Source of the DNA: Octopus sinensis
Lineage: Eukaryota
Length of the DNA stretch: 64,000 nt
NCBI RefSeq assembly: GCF_006345805.1
Contig: NC_042997.1
Coordinates: 49,166,001 to 49,230,000, forward strand
Direction of reading: 5' to 3'
Position numbers and translations under genes: made by a program. Below, in pieces: positions 25,770 to 39,657 of the stretch. Position 1 is the stretch's first letter, and every line of letters begins with the position of its first letter. The notes under the pieces were generated by a model. The model was given only the letters and a program-made list of their open reading frames with translations, had not been told where the DNA came from and made no database searches.

Positions 25770-26178
25770 TTCAGTAAAATTTAGATTCAGTTGAATATGG
25801 TACTTAAGTCAAAGGAGCCAGAATTTAGTATGGTATTATCCATATAATTCAAAATAGGGTGATTACAATCAAAATAAGCAACAAGGATATCCAGAGGTAA
25901 TGCAGTACGATCGTTTCATTAAAATCAATGATAAGCAGTGTCTTCCTGTGAAAAAATATCAGTTACAACTATAATGTTGTCGATGAAACATGTCCTTGGT
26001 CTATCTACTTATCCCCTTTCTGATTTTGGTTAATAGAATAACTATACAAATGAATCCTTTGAATTTAACTAAATTCTATATTTTTATGCAGCTAAAGATT
26101 GCTCTACATTTTAAAACTGATGCAATATTTGCATTGTTCAATTAAATGGAGTCGCATGAAACAATCGTACTGCATTAC
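25770..26178. mobile_element. PLE-like fragment with inverted ends and a long-stem-II hammerhead remnant
   Basis: 23-bp IR at 25897-25919 and 26156-26178. 26086-26175 reads ATGCAG CTAAAGA ... GAAA CAATCG TA CTGCAT. Confidence 0.6.
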
Positions 26179-26188
26179 TTATTTTGAT

Positions 26189-26224
<36 letters not shown>

Positions 26225-26225
<1 letters not shown>

Positions 26226-26412
26226 CATCATCATCATCATCATTTAGCGTCCGTTCTCCATGCTAGCATGGGTTGGGCGGTTCAACTGGGGTCTGTGAAG
26301 CTGGAAGGCTTCATCAGGCCCAGTCAGATCTGGCAGTGTTTCTACGGCTGGATGCCCTTCCTAACGCCAACCACTCCGTGAGTGTAGTGGGTGCTTTTTA
26401 CGTGCCACCCGC
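26225..26412 (-). mobile_element. RTE-LINE/SINE 3' tail copy
   Basis: (CAT)n plus the rc body, ending GGTGCTTTTTACGTGCCAC. Confidence 0.85.
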
Positions 26413-26417
26413 ACAGT

Positions 26418-26622
26418 ACTCTCTTTTACTTGTTTCAGTCATTTGACTGCAGGCATGCTGGAGCACCGCCTTTAGTCGAGCAAATCAACCCCGGGACTTA
26501 TTCTTTGTAAGCCCAGTACTTATTCTATCAGTCTCTTTTGCCGAACCACTAAGTGACGGGGACGTAAACACACCAGCATCGGTTGTCAAGCAATGCTAGG
26601 GGGACAAACACAACACAAACAC

Positions 26623-26655
<33 letters not shown>

Positions 26656-26824
26656 CATATATACGACAGGCTTCTTTCAGTTTCCGTCTACCAAATCCAC
26701 TCACAAGGCATTGGTCGGCCCAGGGCTATAGCAGAAGAAACTTGCCCAAGATGCCACGCAGTGGGACTGAACCCGGAACAATGTGGTTGGTTAGCAAGCT
26801 ACTTACCACACAGCCACCCCTGCA

Positions 26825-26826
<2 letters not shown>
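26418..26826 (-). mobile_element. Family A SINE, full length
   Basis: Close to the rc consensus. Confidence 0.92.
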
Positions 26827-26860
<34 letters not shown>

Positions 26861-26862
<2 letters not shown>

Positions 26863-27350
26863 AGTCCAATCTCAAATTGTGGAGGGAACTTGTGGGACAA
26901 GTAGACCCAGGAAGACATGGGACAAAGTAGTGAAGGATGGTCTTTGAATGTTGGGCCTCACAGAAGTAATAACAAGTGAGCGAGACCTTTGGCAATATGT
27001 GATGCTTGAGAAGACCCATCAAGTCAGGTGAAACTGTTGTCCTGGGTGATGCCGGTATTATGTAAAATGCACCCTTCAAACATGGGGCCTCATGGAGGCA
27101 ATGATAAGTGACCAAGGCCCTTGGCAATATACTATGCTTATGAAGACCTGTCAGGCCAAGTGAGATTATAGTCATGGCTGATGCCAGTGTTACATAACCG
27201 GCACCCATGTTGGTAGCACATAAACAGCACCCATTACACTCTTGGAGTGGTTGGTGTTAAGAAGGTCATCCAACCATGCCAGATCAGATTGGAACCAGGA
27301 GCAGCTCCTTAGCTTCCAGTTTTCAGTCAAACCGTCCAACCCATGCCAAA
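26861..27350 (+). mobile_element. 5'-truncated RTE-clade LINE: ORF C-terminus plus 3' UTR
   Basis: 26861-27031 translates IVEGTCGTSRPRKTWDKVVKDGL*MLGL...RDLW (RTE GRPRKTW motif) and runs into the same tail as the (GAT)n family. Confidence 0.8.
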
Positions 27351-28399
27351 CCATCCAACCCATTTTCCGGAAAATGCATGTAGTACAAGCTATAAAGTGG
27401 TTTGCATTTGAAAAAGCATCCAGCCATACAACCCATGCCAAAGCAGACACTGGAGCATGATTCAGCCTTACACCAATCAGATCCATCAAACTGCAGTATG
27501 GTTATAATTTCTAGGTAATTTGGTGGCATACTATCCAAGGAGAAATCTTGCCTCATGCAAAATGAATCAAACCTATACACTAGTTTTTAAATGGCATCGA
27601 AGTTTACAGAGGCACTGCATTTTTCATTTATAGACATTCAAATTCACAGCTGTTTAAAGCAGAGTTAACAGATAACACTTCCTCATGTTCTGATTACAGT
27701 AATTCCACTATCAATGAACTTAAGAAAAAGGTCCAGGAAGAAAGGGAAAAAAAAACTAATAGAAATTGATAAAATATTTTAATTATAGTGTAAATTAAAT
27801 TGTTGATATAGCAGTAATGTTAAATAAAAAATATATCTCAGTTGTGAGCTCGTTAATAAAAGAGTGATGAAAGGAGTTGTGGTTTTACATGCATTGCTGC
27901 ATTTTCTATGTATGTTCTGTAAGTGCATGTATTTTTTTTTTAATTAATTAAATATCTATGCACCCTTCTGAATAAAGTTTTCTCAATTGCTATTTAATGG
28001 GAATAAGATATATGATACTGCTTGCAACATTTGAGAATTTCTTTAACACATAAATACACACCCCTATGCATATATATATATATACTGATGTGGAAAAGGT
28101 GGAGAATTATATAATTATTTTTTAATTTTTGTTTTCAAATTTAACATTATCTGTTTGCTTGGAGATAAAGTGTATTTAGGGCAAGTCATTTAGTTTGTGG
28201 AGCCCATCCCTCTGCAAGAAAGTCAATGGGAATTCAGCAATACCAGCAAATGAGACACTTATGCAATGCTCCTACTGCAGTTCTACAGTAGTTGCATCAC
28301 TTAATATCATCTAATTACAGCTATTTAAGAGCGAAGTATCTTCACTAGAGTCACAAAGCCGCATCAGTGCAGTGATACAAAACATTGATCATTCAGTTA

Positions 28400-28805
28400 T
28401 TACTCTTTACTCTTTTACTTGTTTCAGTCATTTGACTGCGGCCATGTTGGAGCATCGCCTTTAGTCGAGCAACTCAACCCCGGGACTTATTCTTTGTAAG
28501 CCCAGTACTTATTCTATCAGTGTCTTTTGCCGAACCGCTAAGTGACAGGGACGTAAACACACCAGCATCGGTTGTCAAGCAATGCTAGGGGGACAAACAC
28601 AGACACACACACACACACACACTTATATATATATACATATATATGACAGGCTTCTTTCAGTTTCCGTCTACCAAATCCACTCACAAGGCATTGGTCGGCC
28701 CGGGGCTATAGCAGAAGACACTTGCCCAAGATGCCACGCAGTGGGACTGAACCCGGAACCATGTGGTTGGTTAGCAAGCTACTTACCACACATCTACTCC
28801 TGCGC
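28400..28805 (-). mobile_element. Family A SINE, full length
   Basis: Close to the rc consensus. Confidence 0.92.
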
Positions 28806-29851
28806 TTAAAGCAGTTTGTTTACTTGTTTTTACAACCATTTTTTCCCACGTTAGTATACAAGATGGGCAGTCGAAATTGAAAATTCTCAATAAAGAGCCT
28901 CTTCTATCTTTTAGTTTTTACTTGTTTCAATCGTTGGTCTGCAGCCCATCCTGGGGCATTGCCTTGAAGGGTTTTAGTCCAAATAAATCAACCTCAGTAA
29001 CTTATTCTGTTCAAGAACTAATACTTATTATATTGGGTGTCTTTTGTGAACCCGTAAGTAACAAGAGTGTAACTAAACTAACACCAGTTATCAAACAGTG
29101 GTGGAGACAAACCCAGAATCAAAGACATACATGCATGTATACAAGATGGCATTCCACACAGTTTCTCTCTGTCAAACACACTCACAATACATTGGTCAGC
29201 TCAGGGCTGTAGCAGAAGACATTTGCCCAGGGTACTCATCATCATCATCATCATCATCATTTAACATCCATTTTCTATGCTGGCATAGTGAAACCGTGTG
29301 GTTGAAAAGCAAGCTTTGTAACCAAACAGCCTGCAACAAAGAAGCTGGATTTCCTGGATTTTCAATCTAAACCTTAAGAACTGGTTTAGAGTTAACAGTC
29401 AGAGGAAGACAGTGATTAGAACACAAATTCAATCAAAATTTAGAACAGGGTAAATGCTAAAGGGTTAAGTGATTAGAACAGTAATTAGAACACAAATTCA
29501 TAGAAAGCAAAAAGTCTAGAGTAGTATTTCTCATATGGGGTGGAATGGCTAGACTCCTGCCTGAAGTTACAAAGGGGCCTTGTAGAGGTTGAAAGGGAGT
29601 GAATGAATTGCACATTTAATAAAAAGAGAGGGTTTAGAACATTTTAAATGTGTCTAACATCATAAATAGAATTACAAGAATCACAAGAATGCAAACTTTC
29701 TTTTTCACATTAATAAAGAGAAGGAGAGGAGCAAGAAATTTCATTAATATTTGGGGATGTCCATATTGACTTTTACATCTGAAGTATGATACAAGATATA
29801 TGTAGATATATAATCACACAGAGAAACACTTGTGTATGTATGTGAGTATAT

Positions 29852-29886
<35 letters not shown>

Positions 29887-30214
29887 TCTAGCAAAAAAAT
29901 GTAAAATGCTTAATATGTCTCAGTTTATGAATTCTAAAAAGAATGAAATAGTGCCATATAAGATTACCATTGATACAAAATTTTAAGAACTTCAAGATAT
30001 GAGCACAAAGGAAAGTTCTTTGTGTGTATTCTATGCATCCTTTTTCTCATTCTTTAATTTCAATTTCGAACTTTTAATCCTGCCAAATATTATGAAGAAA
30101 TTAATATCTCCCTTGTATTAACTGTCCACTAGGTGATACAATGATTTAGAAAGAAGCAATTTAAAAAAGATGGAAACCAAGTACCATTCCAAAACCCAGC
30201 AAATGGTCTCTTAA

Positions 30215-30417
30215 CACTTGTATTCATATTACTCTAACAAATGTAATATTTTGTTCACATTATTTGAATTAATCATACATTATCTCATAGCTTCAAGGTT
30301 TTGAATATGTAACTATTTTTACAATGATGTTGTAGAATAGATGTGAGAGGGTAGATATGATCATAAAAAAAAGATAGAACATTTTGGCTGGAAATGGCCA
30401 GTTTAAATGCTAAAGGG
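30215..30417. mobile_element. piggyBac-like MITE, family 2
   Basis: Flanked by TTAA, right end AATGCTAAAGGG|TTAA. Relatives at about 3091-3290, 37763-37978, 38578-38775, 43710-43915 and 58690-59050. Confidence 0.7.
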
Positions 30418-31911
30418 TTAAGCATGTAGATATCCACAGATAACTAAAGCTAACAATGAAACAGGTTACCAAAGACACTGTTTCACAGCTTCAAACAAAG
30501 GATATTATTCTGATGACTAAATTTTGGCAAAATAGTTACCGTTCCCACTTTATGACTAAGTCATCAAACAGAATGAGACATCAAAAGAAATCGTATTCAA
30601 TTTGAATTTAGACAGACAAATACTTGAATTTACAGAACTACAAATGTATAAACATGCACAAGTTTTATGAAAACGTCTTGAAGTGTTGATGTGATGTGGG
30701 GTGGGGTGGGGTGTAAGCTGACCAAGAATAGAATTTTCCAGTGGTTAAGAGGTTTTTTGGGGTTTTTTTTATTAATAGCTATATTAAATTGAAAAATAGA
30801 ATTTAAGAAAAAAAGGGAGGAAATAATAATTCTGTAGGAATTTAAGAACTAAATTATAAAAAGTTATCTAAACAATAATTATTTCCATGATTTTTGAAGA
30901 ATGTTTTCAAAGTGTTATTTTAATCCCAAATTTAGTGAAATGTTTTTATTGTTTAAATTGTTTAAACAAAACAGCAGGAGAGATGAAGAAAACATGAATA
31001 ATATATTTGTTTAGGCATTGAATATTTTCCCATAAATGCAAACAAAATTGCCTTCAATTTTTTTTCCAGCAATATAACTAACAGACATGCTGCTAAGCAA
31101 ACACATGAAAATTCAAGAAAAATACCAAGAACGCAATAATCACTGCAAACTTTTTGGTACAATGCCAGTGATTTTAGAGAAAATGGGAATAGTTAATTTT
31201 TTTCAAACCCAGTACTTGACTGGTACTCTATTTTATCAACTAACTCCATGAGAATGGAAAGCAAAGCGGACCTCTTAAAATAAATACCACTAAGCATTTT
31301 GCCCAGTACACAAATGATTCTGCCAGCTCACTGACAGAGAGCTGAATGAATGTAAGAGGTTAAACGATGAAGAACATCATCATCCTCATCATTTTATGTC
31401 TATTTTCCATGCTGGCATGAGTTTGAGGGTTTGGCAGGATTCAGCAAGCTTCAGGGTACAAGGCTATGCTTAACTCCAGTGTCAGCTTTGGTATGGTTTC
31501 TATGGCTAGATGCCCTTCTTAACACTAGCTACCTTAAAGTATGTAGTGGGTGCATTTTTTTGTTCATGCCACCAGCACTAGTAAGGTTACCAATTAAATT
31601 GCAAGGCAGAAAGAGAACAAGAGAAAAGAAATAAGCTCCCGCTACTAAGTGAGCATTCATGGGCAGGGATGAGGCTTTATGCCAAGGCTAAGGTATAATG
31701 GAGGGACAAGCATAAGTATCTTGCATAGAGGGGATATATGGCTAGCATACATTATATAGAGGTGAGTCAGACTTGTTGGGAGGGGATAACAAGGGCAGTG
31801 ATGCCAGTACAAAGAAACAGAAGTAATAATTGAAAACAACCCTAGATGTGATATACTGTGTTGACATGAAGAGGGAAATACAAAAATCCTTTCACTTCTT
31901 TTATGTTTTTC

Positions 31912-32565
31912 GAGACAGGTGTGGCTGTGTGATAAGAGACAGGTGTGACTGTGTGATAATAAACAGGTGCGGCTGTGTGATAAGGCAGCGAGCTGGGCGA
32001 AATGCTTAGCGGTATTTCTGAGTTCAAATTCTGCCGAGGTCGACTTTGCCTTTCATCCTTTTGAGGTCGATAAATTAAGTACCAGTTATGCACTAGGGTC
32101 TGTGTAATCGACTTAATTCTTTTGTCCGTCCTTGTTTGTCTCCTCTATGTTTAGCCCCTTGTAGGCAATGAAGAAATAAGAAGCTTGCTTTCCAACCACA
32201 TGGTTTCAGGTTCAGTACTGCTGCATGGCACACCTTGGGGAAGTATCTTTTACTTTTTGATCAGCCTGAGGCTGATCAAAGCCTTGTGAGTGGATTTGGT
32301 AAACAGAAACTGAAAGAAGTCTGACATATATATATATGTTCATGCATTTGAGTTTCTGTCTGTCCCCCACCACCACTTGACAACTGGTGTTGGTGTGTTT
32401 ACACCACCATAATTTAGCAGTTTGGCAATAGAGACCAGTAGAATAAGAACTAGGCTTAAAGGAAAAAATAAGTACAGGGGTCAATTCATTCAACTAAAAG
32501 ACTCTTCAAGGCAGTGCCCCAGCATGGCCACAGCCTAATGACTGAAACGAGTAAAAGATAAAAGA
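31912..32565 (+). mobile_element. Family A-like SINE with a triplicated head and a nested family C SINE (31984-32180)
   Basis: (GAGACAGGTGTGGCTGTGTGATAA)x3, then the family C body, then the family A sequence resumes at AAGCTTGCTTTCCAACCACATGG. Confidence 0.8.
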
Positions 32566-32989
32566 TTATAAAAAACTTTTTTTTTCTTCAGCACTTTTAA
32601 AAAAATTTTTCAGTTGATAAACTGAAAGTGTTTTCTCAAGTTTATTAGAAAGAAAATATATTTGTTACAGGAAGCAGTCAACATTGAATGCTAAAAATGT
32701 CAAGAAATTTAAATATTTCCATTAATTATACTCAAAGGTGTCTAACAGGCAGTGTTGTTAGCACCTTGGACAAAATGCTTAGAGACATTTCTTCTGGATC
32801 TTTACAATCTGAGCTCAAATGCCACTGAGGTTGACTTTGCCTTTCAAACTTTCAGGGTCAATGATTAAGTACCAGTCGAACACTGGAGTCAATGTAATCA
32901 ACTAGCCTGCTCCACAAAAAATTCAGGCCTTGTGCCGATAGAATAAAGGATAAATCATACTTAAATATTAATGAGTTCTTTATTATGAA

Positions 32990-33803
32990 ATGAAATTGTA
33001 GTCGTGACCAATGTTGGTGCCATGTAACTAGCATTTGTGCCAGTGGCATGTACAAAGCACCTTTTGAGCGTTGGGCCTCACGGAAGCAAAGTGACTGATG
33101 CTAGTAGCATATAAAAAGCATCTTTCAAGTGCTGGGCCTTATGGAGGCAAATGACATTATGTCATGCTGGAGAAGAAGATCCATCAAGCCAAGTGAAATT
33201 GTACTTGCGGCAGACACTGGTGTCATGCAAATGGCACCCGTGCCAGTGGCACATGAAAGCACCCACTACACTCTTGGAGTGGTTGGCATTAGGAAGGGCA
33301 TCCAGCTGCGAAAATCATGCCTAATCAGACTAGAGTCTGGTACAGCTCCCCAGCTTGCCAGCCCTGGTCAAACCATCCAACCCATACCAGCATGGACAAT
33401 GGATGTTAAATGATGATGATGATGATAATGTGATAATATTTTTTATTGGCATCAGTCATTAAAATTATTGGTAACATTCTTAACAAAAAAAAAACAGAAA
33501 TACCGAGTACCATTTAGGTGTGATAGTTTGCAAGTAACTAGTTTGCCTGTGGCACGTAAAAAGCACCATCCGAATCGTGGCTGATGCCAGTGCCGCCTCG
33601 ACTGGCTTCCGTGCCAGTGGCACGTAAAATGCACTCACTACACTCACGGAGTGGTTGGCGTTAGGAAGGGCATCCAGCTGTAGAAACATTGCCAGATGAG
33701 ACTGGAGCCTGGTGCAGCCTTCTGGCTTCCCAGATCCCCGGTCGAACCGTCCAACCCATGCTAGCATGGAGAACGGACCTTAAACGATGATGATGATGAT
33801 GAT
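32990..33803 (+). mobile_element. Two RTE-LINE 3' tail copies (32990-33425 and 33545-33803)
   Basis: Both have GGAAGGGCATCCAGC bodies ending in (GAT)n. Confidence 0.85.
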
Positions 33804-35777
33804 GTACAAAGAGAACTTTAAATTTTCTCTTGATATTACCGTTTACTTTTTGGTTGATATTATTACAAGACAATATGAGATTGAAACTTGAACTCTTAAG
33901 AAAAATATAACTGAATATTGAAAATTTGAATTTCTGTGGGTAAACAAAATTAGTTTTGATTCAAGTTCCACTTTTAGTTCATGGAAATAACAAGAATCTC
34001 ATCAATTCCCTTTCTCAATTTCACTTCATGTAAACAACAAAGATTTTTATCAATTTAGTTTTGTGTGTGTATTGTTTCATCGGCTAGATTGAAAATCAAA
34101 CATAACAAGAGAATAAAAATGACAAAAAATTGTTTGCAATGGTTATCTCTGAAGAATTGAAATGCCTAGGAAATAAATTTTTTAGTTATTCAGAGTAATG
34201 TATCTTTAAGTCTCTAAGTCTACATTTATTTAGTAAATAAATAAAAAAATGCAGCAGATATTATGTAACAGTGATACATGGTTCTGTTTCAGCAAGACTT
34301 TTCATGCAGATCAGAGGGAAAAAAAAAAATTTACTTTTATTTTTCAACTTAAAGGAAGGAACAGATATGCAACATTTTTTTATGAAAATCAAAAGCCTGT
34401 CGACTTAGAGATGAGAGGAGAGAAAGAGAAAGGATGTGGAGATAAACCTAGCAGAGTAGTAACTATCACTAGTCTCTCTCTCTCTCTCTCTCTCATCAGA
34501 AATTAAGGCTTTGTTGTACAAGTCAACATAGAATGTTGAATTAGCAAATTTAACATTTGCATTAATTACAATGTAACATCAACTATTTCTTTATTTCTAA
34601 ATGGTGAATTAAAATTTTTCATTGGCCTCATTCTTTAAATTGTAAGGAAAGCCACAACCAGGTTTTCTAATATAGAAATTAGCATTGTAATGGAAGCTGT
34701 TCTTACTTGGTTTCAAAACCAGACAGCAGACTTTGTCCACCAAAAGTTTAACTACAAAAAAAAAGGAAATGGGTGGGGGGTTTGTTAATTTAGTAAAACA
34801 TCTGGCTTTCTACCATTTGAGCAGGAAATTTAAAATAAATATCACAATAACTTTTCGAAAATGCTTTCAAGTTCCCAAGAAAGAAATTACCATATTAATG
34901 CTATATGCCCTCTGCACAAAAAAGAAGATATGCATAACAGATCTCATAAATATGTACGCATAATATTGCCTGAGGACCGGAACTAAAGAAATTCTATCTG
35001 GCTCCAGATTATCTAAAACAAAACAGGCATTGGTAACAATAACACTGAAGTAATTATAAGGAAGTTTAATCTTTAAAGAAGTAGCCCAGAGTCTGTTAAC
35101 CCATTCAATACAAAAACAGCAAGGAAGCACAGAAGACTTTCCTCCCCAGCACATGCCTTAAAAAAATGCTAATGCTTTTCCTTAAACATTTTCGGTCAAC
35201 AGAGGTCCCATTCAAATATAACTAAAAAATTCCACATCATTGACAGGGCTTCAGTTCAATGAACCGTATACTTCAAGGTTTAAAATCATATCAACTGACG
35301 TTATAAAATAGGGATTTCAAATTTTGGCACAAGATCAACAATTTTGGGGCTGGGGTAAATCGACTGCATCAACCCCAGAACTCAAATGGTTCTTATTTTA
35401 TTGACTCTGAAAGGATGAAGGACAAAGATGACCTCGGAGGAATTTAAACTCAGAATGTGAAGACAGACAAAATGCTGCTAAGCATTTCACCCAGTGTGTT
35501 AACAATTCTGCCAGCTAGCAAAAATAGAATGGATTTTCTGAAAAATTAAGTTTGTGTTATTTTGTGCCTATTTACACAACAAGATTCACCATCATCCTTA
35601 TCACTTAATATCTATGTTTCATGCATGCATGAGTTGGACTATTTGATAGATCAAATGGGTCAAGAACTGCATCAAGCTCCAGTGTCTGCTTTGGAATGGT
35701 TTCTACTATTGGATGCTCTCTCTAATGCTAATCACTCTAAAGTATGTACTGGGTGCTTTTTTTCTTACCGTATAATA

Positions 35778-36176
35778 TCTTTATATATAAAAGTGAAGTT
35801 GTGTGTCTGTCTCCTACGATTTAGATTCCTAACTACTCCTACATTTTGCGGTGCAGTTTAACCAAATTCGGGTATCTTATAGTCGTGATTCATATCGAGC
35901 CCTTCTGGGTATTAGCGCGCATCTATGATGAGTCTACGATTTTAAAAATAATTTACCATCATTTTTTTCCATTTTAATGCATTTTTTCGCTATTATATAA
36001 GGGAAGTAACTCTCTAAAAATGTATTATTAAATCTCAGAACCTAAAAAGCTACAGTAACAACCCCCCCCCCTTTGTGGTTAGCCATATTGAGATAGCTAT
36101 TATACTTTACATCTCTAAAAATGCTTATATAGTTATTTCCCTTACAAACCCGAGCAACGCCGGGCGATACTGCTAA
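35778..36176 (+). mobile_element. Non-autonomous Helitron
   Basis: A|TC start, CCCGAGCAACGCCGGG hairpin, CTAA|T end. Copy of 24173-24567. Confidence 0.87.
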
Positions 36177-37081
36177 TTTCATATAATATAAATGATTAGC
36201 ATGTTCTCAATACACACACACATATTTGCCATTTGTAGCCTGGTTTTAGAATAGGTACCCCTTATCCCTGCATGCCATAAGAGGTCACTAAAAGCATTGG
36301 TGATAGGAAGAGCATCTTGTGAAATGCTCCAACACTAAACTTGCCGAGCCCAAACCAGAATAGAGATGCAAGCATAAAATGATGAGGAAGAGGAGAATAT
36401 TTTTCCTTTCAATACAACTGAACTAAAGGGAAAAGAAAGAAAAGGAAAAACTTAATTTTTCTAAAGGGGCTTCCAACACTTCAACCCACTTCTGGATCAC
36501 AGCTCCATAAAATATGGGAGTGCTGAAACCCATGGAAAGCGTTGAAAAGTTGTGCAAACTCAAACTTTCGAATTAAATATGGAAACATGCTACTTATAAC
36601 TGTGTCTTCTTCCATTGAAATTTTTGTAATATTCATTCATTCAAAATATATTTACCTTGACACGTAAGCAGGTGATTAAACAAGGTCATGTCATAAATGC
36701 TTCTACCTAAACTCAGCCACATGAGATATTTAAATAATATGAATATTATGATATGAAATCCTCACAGTGGTAATATGAACCTATCAGTATCATATCTGCT
36801 TTCCATGCTGGTATGGGTGGAATGGATCATTATTGACTCAGTCCTTTCTTATAGGGATCCACTGCTCTCATTAACTGGTGCTTTATGAGTAATTTGGCTT
36901 GGTTTCTACAGCTGGATGCTCTTCTTATTAACCACCACTTTACAGAATGAACTGGGTGCACTTTTTTGTAGGACCAACACCAGAGAAGTGTAGCGAAAGC
37001 ATACTTAATAAGCTTAGGCATGTACAATTGCTCAAGTGACCAAGGAAAAGGAAAGAAGGAAAGCAATGGTTTATATAAATT

Positions 37082-37286
37082 TCTCTTTTACTTGTTTCAG
37101 TCATTTGACTGTGGCCATGCTGGAGCACTGCCTTTAGTCGAGCAAATCGACCCCAGGAGTTATTCTTTGCAAGCCTAGTACTTATTCTATCGGTGTATTT
37201 TGCCGAACCGCTAAGTTACAGGGACTTAAACACACCAGCATCAGTTGTCAAGCGATGTGGGGGGGAGACAAACACAAACATACATA

Positions 37287-37320
<34 letters not shown>

Positions 37321-37484
37321 CGACGGGCTTCTTTCAGTTTCTGTCCACCAAATCCACCCACAAGGCTTTGGTCGGCACAAGGCCATTGTAGAAGACACTT
37401 GCCCAAGGTGCCACGCAGTGGGACTGAACCCGGAACTATGTGGTTGGTAAGCAAGCTACTTACCACACAGCCACTCCTGCGCCT
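37082..37484 (-). mobile_element. Family A SINE
   Basis: Matches the rc consensus. Confidence 0.9.
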
Positions 37485-37762
37485 GTGGGCAAACTGCAAC
37501 CTGCAAGACATTCTGAATGGCATACCTAATAAAAATTACCGCAAATATTTACAGTAGTCCAGCCCACCTGATAATAAACCGTGTCACATGTGGCTCATTT
37601 ATCAAAAACAAATTTCCTATACCTGGTTTATTATTTACCTTTTGATACATTGAACCAGCAAGAGTTAAGTATCTCTAGTAAACATCTTATTTAGAAATTA
37701 TTTAAAAACTAGCAGATCCTAAACCAATAATTAGTCAAATAATATTCTGACAACTAACCTAT

Positions 37763-37978
37763 TCCTTTAGCATTCAAATTACTCAATTAAATGTAATACT
37801 TAAGCATATTGATTTTAATTAATCATGCACTATCTCATAACTTCCACATTTTGATGACATGATTGTATATTTTTAGAATGACATTATAGAGTAGGTGTGA
37901 GAGACCAAATCTAGCTGATTTGAACATAAAACAGACAGAATATCTGAGTCCGGTATGGCTGGTTTAAATGCTAAAGGG
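37763..37978. mobile_element. piggyBac-like MITE, family 2
   Basis: CCTTTAGCATT ... AATGCTAAAGGG|TTAA inverted ends. Confidence 0.75.
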
Positions 37979-38049
37979 TTAACTAGCTGTAACTCTTTAA
38001 CTACTTAGTGTGTGTGTGTTCGAATATATATACATAGTACATACAACTA

Positions 38050-38547
38050 CCGTAAATCTTCGAGTATAGTCTACCCTTGAGTAAAATACACAGGGGACTT
38101 TTAGGGGGTTGTACCTCTGATAAACCTAAACCTTGTGTATAATATGCATCCTTTCTCTAAGCCAGCAGCACCTAATCGAACAAACACTTCCGCGTATGCG
38201 TAATACAATAATGATATTCTTAATTATTATATGGGAATGTAAATATGTTTGTAAATTGTTTTTGTTACATGTTATTCTGTGTTCTGAATACTTTTATTTT
38301 AATAAATGTTGCTTACTGCAAGTTATGGATGATATTTTTATGACTTCATTGCTTTCAGGCTTAGCTTCAGGTATTTTCGCGCCCGACAACACAAAATGCG
38401 TCTGAATAAACATTGCCGAACAGCAAATAGAGACTCGGACATTGCTTAGAAAATATTAATCATTTTTAACCTCGTATATAGTACGCACTAGGGATTTTCA
38501 CCTTTAAATTTTGGGAGGAAATGCGGATTATACTCAAGGATTTACGG
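38050..38547. mobile_element. pogo/Tc2-like MITE
   Basis: TA|CCGTAAATCTTCGAGTATAGTC ... GATTATACTCAAGGATTTACGG|TA: TIRs with a TA target duplication. Confidence 0.85.
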
Positions 38548-38804
38548 TATGTGTGTAGTATGCTTATTTATGTATACCTGTCAAATGTAATGCTTGCTTA
38601 TTCAGTTTTGAAATAATTATGCATTATCCTGTAGCTTTGAGATTTTGATGATGTGACAGTTTATTTTTAGAATGACATTGTAGGGTAGGTGGGAGAGGTC
38701 AGATCTGGCTGGTTTGAACACAAAACAGGTAGAATATTTTGGTCAGGTATGGTTGGTTTATATGATAAAAGGGTTAAATATGATTGCTGAAAACGGATTT
38801 CAGC

Positions 38805-39066
38805 TATATGCCAGCGCCGCCTTGACTGGCTTCTGTGCCGGTGGCACGTAAAAAGCACCAACCGATCGTGGTCGCTGCCAGCCTCCGGTGACACATAAAA
38901 AGCACCCACTACACTCACGGAATGGTTGGCGTTAGGAAGGGCATCCAGCTGTAGAAACACTGCCAGATCAGACTGGAGCCTGGTGCAGCCTCCTGGCTTC
39001 CCAAACCCCGGTCGAACCGTCCAACCCGTGCTAGCACAGAAAACGGACATTAAATGATGATGATGA
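38805..39066 (+). mobile_element. RTE-LINE/SINE 3' tail copy
   Basis: Family body with (GAT)n tail. Confidence 0.87.
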
Positions 39067-39657
39067 TTATCACTAGGCCTAAGGACACAACACAAACAAC
39101 ACGTGTTGAGAGAGTTTGAACTTACAGCCTTTTCAGTCAGGATTCTAGTAACCTAACTAATCAGACAATGCCGGCTTCACCATAGTAAATGAACAACTGA
39201 GAAAAATTTCAACGACAGAAGCAAAACAAAAAGGAACAAAGGACTAAGTAAAAATATAACAACAATAAAATCGAGAGCAAAATAGCACAGAAACCTAAAA
39301 CTGAAAGTACTAAAAACTGTAAATGCCATCAAGTGAGAATCTGGCTAATGGCAAATGTTATCAAGAATAATTAAGAATAATTAAACTGGTGAAAGTTATA
39401 CACACACAATCCCTCTCTCTCTCCTTCTCTCTCTCTCCTTCTCTCGTGTATACAATATGAGTGTGTATATGTATACACGTACATAAACACAATTAGTCTA
39501 ACATGCTCACTCACACACACACACATGTATATGCACACACATATACACGTACACATGTACTCACAATTGCACACACATAAAAGCACAATGTGTCAGAAAC
39601 ACCCGTGTATATACATTGGTTTATATATATAGACGTACATATGTACTAACACATATC

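Noticed and set aside
26583-26930. Recurring peptides such as RQASFSFRLPNPLTRHW and DTCPRCHAVGLNPEPCGW
   Set aside because: They are chance reading frames of the family A SINE, not a gene family.
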